NCBI GenBank assembly: GCA_048498835.1
Contig: JBEHXF010000001.1
Location: 42,932 to 106,931 of the forward strand
Length of the DNA stretch: 64,000 nt
Origin: Chlamydiota bacterium
Lineage (GTDB): Bacteria; Chlamydiota; Chlamydiia; Chlamydiales; SM23-39
Reading direction: 5' to 3'
Below are positions 59,346-64,000 of this stretch, piece by piece (the first letter of the stretch is position 1; each line of letters begins with the position of its first letter). Both the position numbers and the translations under genes were made by a program. The notes below the pieces were generated by a model. That model was given only the letters and a program-made list of their open reading frames with translations, did not search any database and was not told the DNA's origin.

Positions 59346-60472
59346 AAACCGCTCTGGTCTACGACTGGTTTGCCGACGGAGCAGGCGGGGGAGAGAAAGC
59401 TTTTGAAGCAATTTATGAGCTTTTTCCTTCCCCCATTTACACTCTACTTCGAAGTCCAAACGTCATTCAAGGAACCCGCTACGAACAAGAACAAATTCAC
59501 ACGACATTTATTCAAAACTTACCCCGGGCCTTACGCAGTTACCGCTCTTATTTACCTTTATTCCCTTTCGCGATTGAACAATTGGATCTCTCCTCCTACG
59601 ATCTCATTCTCTCTTGCTCTCATTGCGTAGCTAAAGGCGTATTGACTCATGCAGATCAAATCCACCTCTCCTATTGCTACACCCCGATGCGCTACGCCTG
59701 GGATCTCTACCATCAATACTTGCGTGAATCCAATTTACAAAAAGGATTAAAAGCAAAGATCGCCCAATTTTTTTTGCACTACATTCGACTTTGGGACGCG
59801 CAAACAACCCATCGTGTTGATGCGTTTAGCGCTATCTCCCACTATGTGGCAAAACGAATTAAAAAAACCTACGCTAGAGAAGCTCGCGTTATTTATCCTC
59901 CCGTAGCAACTGATTTTTATACTCCAGGGACGCAGAAAGAAGAATACTATCTCGCCGCTTCTCGCTTTGTTCCTTACAAAAAAATCGATCTAATTGTAGA
60001 AACTTTTTCCACTACTCCAGAACGGAAACTCCTCGTTATTGGGGACGGACCCGATCGGGATAAAATCAAAGGAAAAGCCGGCAAAAACATCGAATTTCTC
60101 GGCTATCAATCTAACGATGTTCTTAAATCTTATCTTCAACGAGCAAAGGCTTTTGTCTTTGCCGCCGTTGAAGATTTTGGCATCCTTCCAGTCGAAGCCC
60201 AAAGCTGCGGCACTCCTGTAATTGCTCTTGCCCGAGGCGCACTCTTAGAAACTGTTAAAGCAGGACAAACCGGGGTATTTTTTGAAGAACAGACGGTTGC
60301 CTCTCTTCGATCGGCTTTAGATCGATTTGAGTCTGGATCAGATTTAGATCCTCTCTTTATCCGAGCCCACGCAGAAAAATTCGGGAAGGAGAGGTTTAAT
60401 AGAGAATTTCGACTCTGGGTCGATGAAGAATGTGGTCGTACACGTGAGGAAAGGCGTTTATGCATATCTTAA
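59333..60472 (+). CDS. GT4 (group 1) glycosyltransferase (mannosyltransferase-like)
   Basis: Blocks seen are [18 protein letters not shown] and [22 protein letters not shown]. The start is GTG 59333 or TTG 59342, overlapping the gmd stop. Confidence 0.7.
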   Translation: MSCLKTALVYDWFADGAGGGEKAFEAIYELFPSPIYTLLRSPNVIQGTRYEQEQIHTTFIQNLPRALRSYRSYLPLFPFAIEQLDLSSYDLILSCSHCVAKGVLTHADQIHLSYCYTPMRYAWDLYHQYLRESNLQKGLKAKIAQFFLHYIRLWDAQTTHRVDAFSAISHYVAKRIKKTYAREARVIYPPVATDFYTPGTQKEEYYLAASRFVPYKKIDLIVETFSTTPERKLLVIGDGPDRDKIKGKAGKNIEFLGYQSNDVLKSYLQRAKAFVFAAVEDFGILPVEAQSCGTPVIALARGALLETVKAGQTGVFFEEQTVASLRSALDRFESGSDLDPLFIRAHAEKFGKERFNREFRLWVDEECGRTREERRLCIS

Positions 60473-61509
60473 TTTTGGCGGGTGGAGGAGGAACAAGACT
60501 TTGGCCTTTATCTAGAAACGCTTTCCCAAAACAATTTCTCCATTTTGGTGACCAAGAATCCTTGCTACAAAAAACAGTGAGCCGTTTTCTGCATGCCCCA
60601 CGAACAAAAAGCATTTCCATTTCGACCAACGCACAATGTGCGCCGCTAGTAAAGCAGCAACTTGCCAAAATTCCCGGCTCCGAAAACATTTACATCATCA
60701 TCGAGCCTCTTCGAAAAAATACAGCGCCTGCCATAGCCTTTGCGGTAAAGTACCTTCAAGAAGAGCTCTCCTTGTCAGACCGAGAACGCGTCCTAGTTCT
60801 TCCTTCTGATCATCTCATCGAACCGGAAGAAGTTTTTCTGCAAGCGCTGCAAATCATTGAGCCTCTAGTCTCCACCCATCTTGTCCTCTTTGGGATTGCT
60901 CCCACCAAACCAGAAACAGGCTATGGCTACATTCAGATTGGAGAGACGTTTGTGAATCAAGCCCATCGAGTCAAACGTTTTGTAGAAAAGCCAAACCACA
61001 CGCTCGCTTCTGCTTATCTCGCTTCTGGAGATTATGCTTGGAATGCGGGTATGTTTGCTTTCTCCATTCAATTGTTTTGGCAACAGCTCGCTATTTATGC
61101 ACCTGACATCTTTCGCCTTTGCCAGCCTTCCATTGACCACATCCGCTCTCATTTCGACGAAATGCCCGACATCTCATTCGATTACGGCATCTTAGAAAAA
61201 ACACCTCAAATCTTAGTTTGTCCGCTTTTGGTCAATTGGTCCGATGTAGGCTGTTGGGATAGCGTCTATGATGTCATGAAGAAAGATAGCAATCAAAACG
61301 TAAAGTTTGGAAATGTTCTCGATCTCGACACCAAAAACAGTCTCATTATCGGCGGTAAAAGACTCATCACAACAATTGGATTAGAAAACATGATCATCGT
61401 CGAAACAGACGACGCTATCTTTATTGGTAAAAAAGGTGAATCACAGAAAGTAAAGCAACTCGTGCAATCACTTCTCGATCGAGCTGCTACTCTTGCTGAT
61501 CCGCTTTGA
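60460..61509 (+). CDS. manC: Mannose-1-phosphate guanylyltransferase (short form, no cupin/PMI domain)
   Basis: Blocks seen are [63 protein letters not shown] and WNAGMF. Confidence 0.85.
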   Translation: MHILILAGGGGTRLWPLSRNAFPKQFLHFGDQESLLQKTVSRFLHAPRTKSISISTNAQCAPLVKQQLAKIPGSENIYIIIEPLRKNTAPAIAFAVKYLQEELSLSDRERVLVLPSDHLIEPEEVFLQALQIIEPLVSTHLVLFGIAPTKPETGYGYIQIGETFVNQAHRVKRFVEKPNHTLASAYLASGDYAWNAGMFAFSIQLFWQQLAIYAPDIFRLCQPSIDHIRSHFDEMPDISFDYGILEKTPQILVCPLLVNWSDVGCWDSVYDVMKKDSNQNVKFGNVLDLDTKNSLIIGGKRLITTIGLENMIIVETDDAIFIGKKGESQKVKQLVQSLLDRAATLADPL

Positions 61510-63481
61510 GAAGCTCTAAATTCTGGTAATAGCGCATTAAATCCCGAGCTCTAGCTGCATCCTCAAAACGGAGCTCTTTGGCAGCCAATCGCATCTCTGC
61601 CTGGCATTCTTTAATTTTTGTCTCTAAATCTGGAATCGTGACGTCTGGCCTTGCAGGTTTTTTAGGAGTAGGCTCTTCTGCTATCCCAAATGTCTCTTCA
61701 ATCGATGTTGCTTCAAGCCGTTTAGTGCTCTGGGGAATAATTCCATGTTTTTGATTGTAGGCGATCTGATGAGCTCTACGAGCGGATGTAATGGCGATTG
61801 TTTTGCGAATCGATTCGGTTTGCTTATCAGCATACATAACAACTCGTCCACGTACATTTCGCGCAGCCCTACCGCAAGTTTGAATGAGAGCTGTTTCCGA
61901 ACGGAGAAATCCTTCTTTGTCAGCATCCAAAATAACGACTAAAGATACCTCTGGAATATCTAGCCCTTCTCGGAGCAAGTTGATCCCTACCAAGACATCG
62001 AATTGCCCTTGTCTTAAAGACTTGATAATCTGCATCCGCTCTAGTGTATCAATATCGGAGTGAATGTACTTCGCTTTTACCCCAATCTCATTCAAATACT
62101 TGGATAGATCTTCCGATAATTTTTTGGTTAGCGTAGTCACCAAAATACGCCCGCCTTGAGCTGATTCTTTTCGAATTTCTTCAAGGCAGTCATCCACTTG
62201 TCCCTCAGCGGGACGAACGGTGATTTCAGGATCTAATAGTCCTGTTGGTCGCAGAACCTGCTCAATAATATCGCCCTCTGCCTGTTCCACTTCCCACTGA
62301 CCGGGAGTTGCAGAAACATAAACCGCTTGTTTCATCTTTGTGTATGTTTCTTCAAACTTCAGAGGACGATTATCATAGGCAGACGGTAGCCTAAAGCCAA
62401 ATTCGATCAACGCCTGCTTTCTGGATCGATCGCCATTATACATCGCATGAAGTTGGGGCAAGGTCTGATGGGATTCATCGATAAAAAAGACAAAATCTTC
62501 CGGAAAATAATCGATCAAGCACGGTGGCGGATCCCCAGGAGCTCGTCCTGAGAAGTGACGAGAATAATTCTCAATTCCCTTGCAAAATCCAATTTCTCGA
62601 ATCATTTCTAAATCATAGCGAGTCCGCTCTTTAATCCTTTGGGCTTCAACCAGCCGGTTTTCTTTTTCAAAGGTAGCAATTCTCTCGGCCAATTCCTTTC
62701 GAATCGTTTCGATCGCCTGAAAGCGAACATTTTCTGGAGTTACGTAGTGCGAACCCGGGAAAATCGCAATTTTTTCTAAACGATTCCGCACCCTACCAGT
62801 AAGAGGATCGATTTCTGAAATTCGCTCGATTTCATCGCCGAAAAACTCGACTCGATAAGCCATATCATCTTCATAAGCAGGGACAATTTCTAATACGTCT
62901 CCTCGGGCCCGGAAGGTAGCTCGGGCTAAATCGTAATCGGAACGGGTGTAGTGCATTTCTACTAAATGCAAAAGGACATCGTCTCGTCTAACTTCCTGCT
63001 TTACAGCCAAGTGAAGCACCATCTGACTATAATATTCAGGAGTACCAAGGCCGTAAATACAGGAGACGGAAGAGACAATGATTACATCAGGCCGCTCAAT
63101 GAGAGATCTGGTAGCGCTGAGACGCATTTTTTCAATTCGTTCATTAATGGCTAAATCTTTTTCTATATAGGTGTCAGTCCTAGCGATGTAAGCTTCAGGC
63201 TGATAGTAATCGTAGTAAGAGACGAAGTATTCCACCGCATTATCGGGGAAAAAAGCCTTGAATTCTTGATAAAGCTGCGCCGCAAGTGTCTTATTATGAG
63301 CTAATATGAGAGCAGGCCTTTGGCATTTCTGGATGACATTGGCCATCGTAAAGGTCTTACCGGAGCCGGTAATACCCAATAATACTTGCGCTTTTTTCCC
63401 ATTTTTTAGCCCAGCCGATAGACGTTCGATAGCCTGTGGCTGATCGCCTGTCGGCTCAAATTGGGCCTTTAATTTAAACAA
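61487..63481 (-). CDS. uvrB: Excinuclease ABC subunit B
   Basis: Blocks seen are [29 protein letters not shown] and DESHQT, plus helicase motifs and a C-terminal UVR domain ([12 protein letters not shown]). Confidence 0.95.
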   Translation of the reverse strand: MFKLKAQFEPTGDQPQAIERLSAGLKNGKKAQVLLGITGSGKTFTMANVIQKCQRPALILAHNKTLAAQLYQEFKAFFPDNAVEYFVSYYDYYQPEAYIARTDTYIEKDLAINERIEKMRLSATRSLIERPDVIIVSSVSCIYGLGTPEYYSQMVLHLAVKQEVRRDDVLLHLVEMHYTRSDYDLARATFRARGDVLEIVPAYEDDMAYRVEFFGDEIERISEIDPLTGRVRNRLEKIAIFPGSHYVTPENVRFQAIETIRKELAERIATFEKENRLVEAQRIKERTRYDLEMIREIGFCKGIENYSRHFSGRAPGDPPPCLIDYFPEDFVFFIDESHQTLPQLHAMYNGDRSRKQALIEFGFRLPSAYDNRPLKFEETYTKMKQAVYVSATPGQWEVEQAEGDIIEQVLRPTGLLDPEITVRPAEGQVDDCLEEIRKESAQGGRILVTTLTKKLSEDLSKYLNEIGVKAKYIHSDIDTLERMQIIKSLRQGQFDVLVGINLLREGLDIPEVSLVVILDADKEGFLRSETALIQTCGRAARNVRGRVVMYADKQTESIRKTIAITSARRAHQIAYNQKHGIIPQSTKRLEATSIEETFGIAEEPTPKKPARPDVTIPDLETKIKECQAEMRLAAKELRFEDAARARDLMRYYQNLELLKADQQE

Positions 63482-63487
63482 ATGACT

Positions 63488-64000
63488 TTACTTTCTGTTT
63501 TGTAACTTTTCTTCCTGGCGGATTTCGGCTCCAAGACGTCCGAGTTCATAGCCATTATAGTCGACAAATTTAAAGAATCGCTCAAATGGTGGCAAGGCGA
63601 GACTCGCCTGGCGGGCCATTTCTTGAGCAATGTAGCGGTAAGTGGGGTGGCCAGCAGCCTGAGAGCGGAGCTCACAGAGCCATTGTAGCCCTCTCAAATT
63701 GACCTGGAAGTACCAATGGACATTATAGGCCATAGGAACCACATACTGAGCCTCTTCTGGCAATTCGGCAGCGATGATATCAAAAGCCGCTTTGGCTTTA
63801 TCCATTGCATCCCGGTACTCTTTCTCCATTTCCGTCCCTAGAATTTCAGGAGGAATATAATAGCCATAATCACAGCTCAATAATTGCCGTTCCTGAGTCA
63901 ACATTCTATGTCGGTGTAAATCTCGATAAACACCGAAATCAGCCAAAATTTCAAATGTAAAGTTGGCGTGTTCCAAAGCGCGCGGAGATTTGTGGCGCCG
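63488..64000 (-). CDS. thyX: ThyX-like FAD-dependent thymidylate synthase, C-terminal part. The ORF is open to the right edge.
   Basis: ...RRHKSPRALEHANFTFEILADFGVYRDLHRHRMLTQERQ matches the ThyX core pattern (xLEHaxftFxI ... RHR). The serine expected after RHR is not obvious by eye. The track 'M' at 63976 is an in-frame TTG, and the frame continues upstream. Confidence 0.6.
   Translation of the reverse strand, partial: RRHKSPRALEHANFTFEILADFGVYRDLHRHRMLTQERQLLSCDYGYYIPPEILGTEMEKEYRDAMDKAKAAFDIIAAELPEEAQYVVPMAYNVHWYFQVNLRGLQWLCELRSQAAGHPTYRYIAQEMARQASLALPPFERFFKFVDYNGYELGRLGAEIRQEEKLQNRK

Noticed and set aside
39775-61509. Glycan locus considered as a classical mobile genomic island
   Set aside because: No integrase, transposase, IS remnant, flanking direct repeat or adjacent tRNA was found; the only tRNA is about 26 kb away. 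Only the compositional shift supports foreign origin, so it is reported as a compositional mosaic and not as a mobile element.
63488-64000. Possible loss of the catalytic serine in the ThyX motif (RHRMLTQERQLLS)
   Set aside because: I cannot align the motif reliably by eye and only the C-terminal part of the gene is in the window. It is noted in the feature evidence but is not strong enough for a finding.

Overview
The window is a densely coded 64-kb chromosomal stretch. I call about 60 CDS and 1 tRNA, with no rRNA, CRISPR array, transposase or integrase. Several markers point to Chlamydiota: topA with a C-terminal SWIB domain, a MOMP-family porin, an RsbU-type PP2C sensor phosphatase, lysine-rich histone-like mini-proteins, a CIRCE-like operator before groES-groEL (GroEL has a GGM tail), a short sigma-54, and pepP-mutL adjacency. 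PutA, TrkAH, methionine-salvage genes and a large glycan locus suggest an environmental chlamydia rather than Chlamydiaceae. Positions 1-39.7 kb are mostly housekeeping genes: pepP, mutL, cca, rsbU, a trmH-like gene, rsgA, eno, ahpC, tRNA-Arg, trkAH, prmA, groESL, putA, uvrD, rpoN and topA. Accessory inserts sit among them: a Fic protein, an mtnA-HAD-mtnB-mtnC block, a GT9 glycosyltransferase, a KdoO-like hydroxylase and several orphan ORFs. Positions 39.8-61.5 kb hold the most interesting feature, a roughly 21-gene surface-glycan locus lying between topA and uvrB. It encodes a WaaL/Wzy_C-like membrane protein, a fused MsbA/PglK-type ABC exporter, one GT9, one WaaE-like GT2 and four GT4 transferases. 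It also encodes three methyltransferases, a CE4-like deacetylase, GDP-mannose enzymes (manC, gmd, algD-like) and a second NDP-sugar module. Much of the locus looks clearly more AT-rich than its flanks. The classical chlamydial outer membrane carries only a rough Kdo-type LOS, so this locus, together with GT9 and KdoO-like near rpoN, predicts an uncharacterised extended LPS or protein-glycosylation system. All family assignments rest on motif recognition by eye and need HMM or BLAST confirmation.
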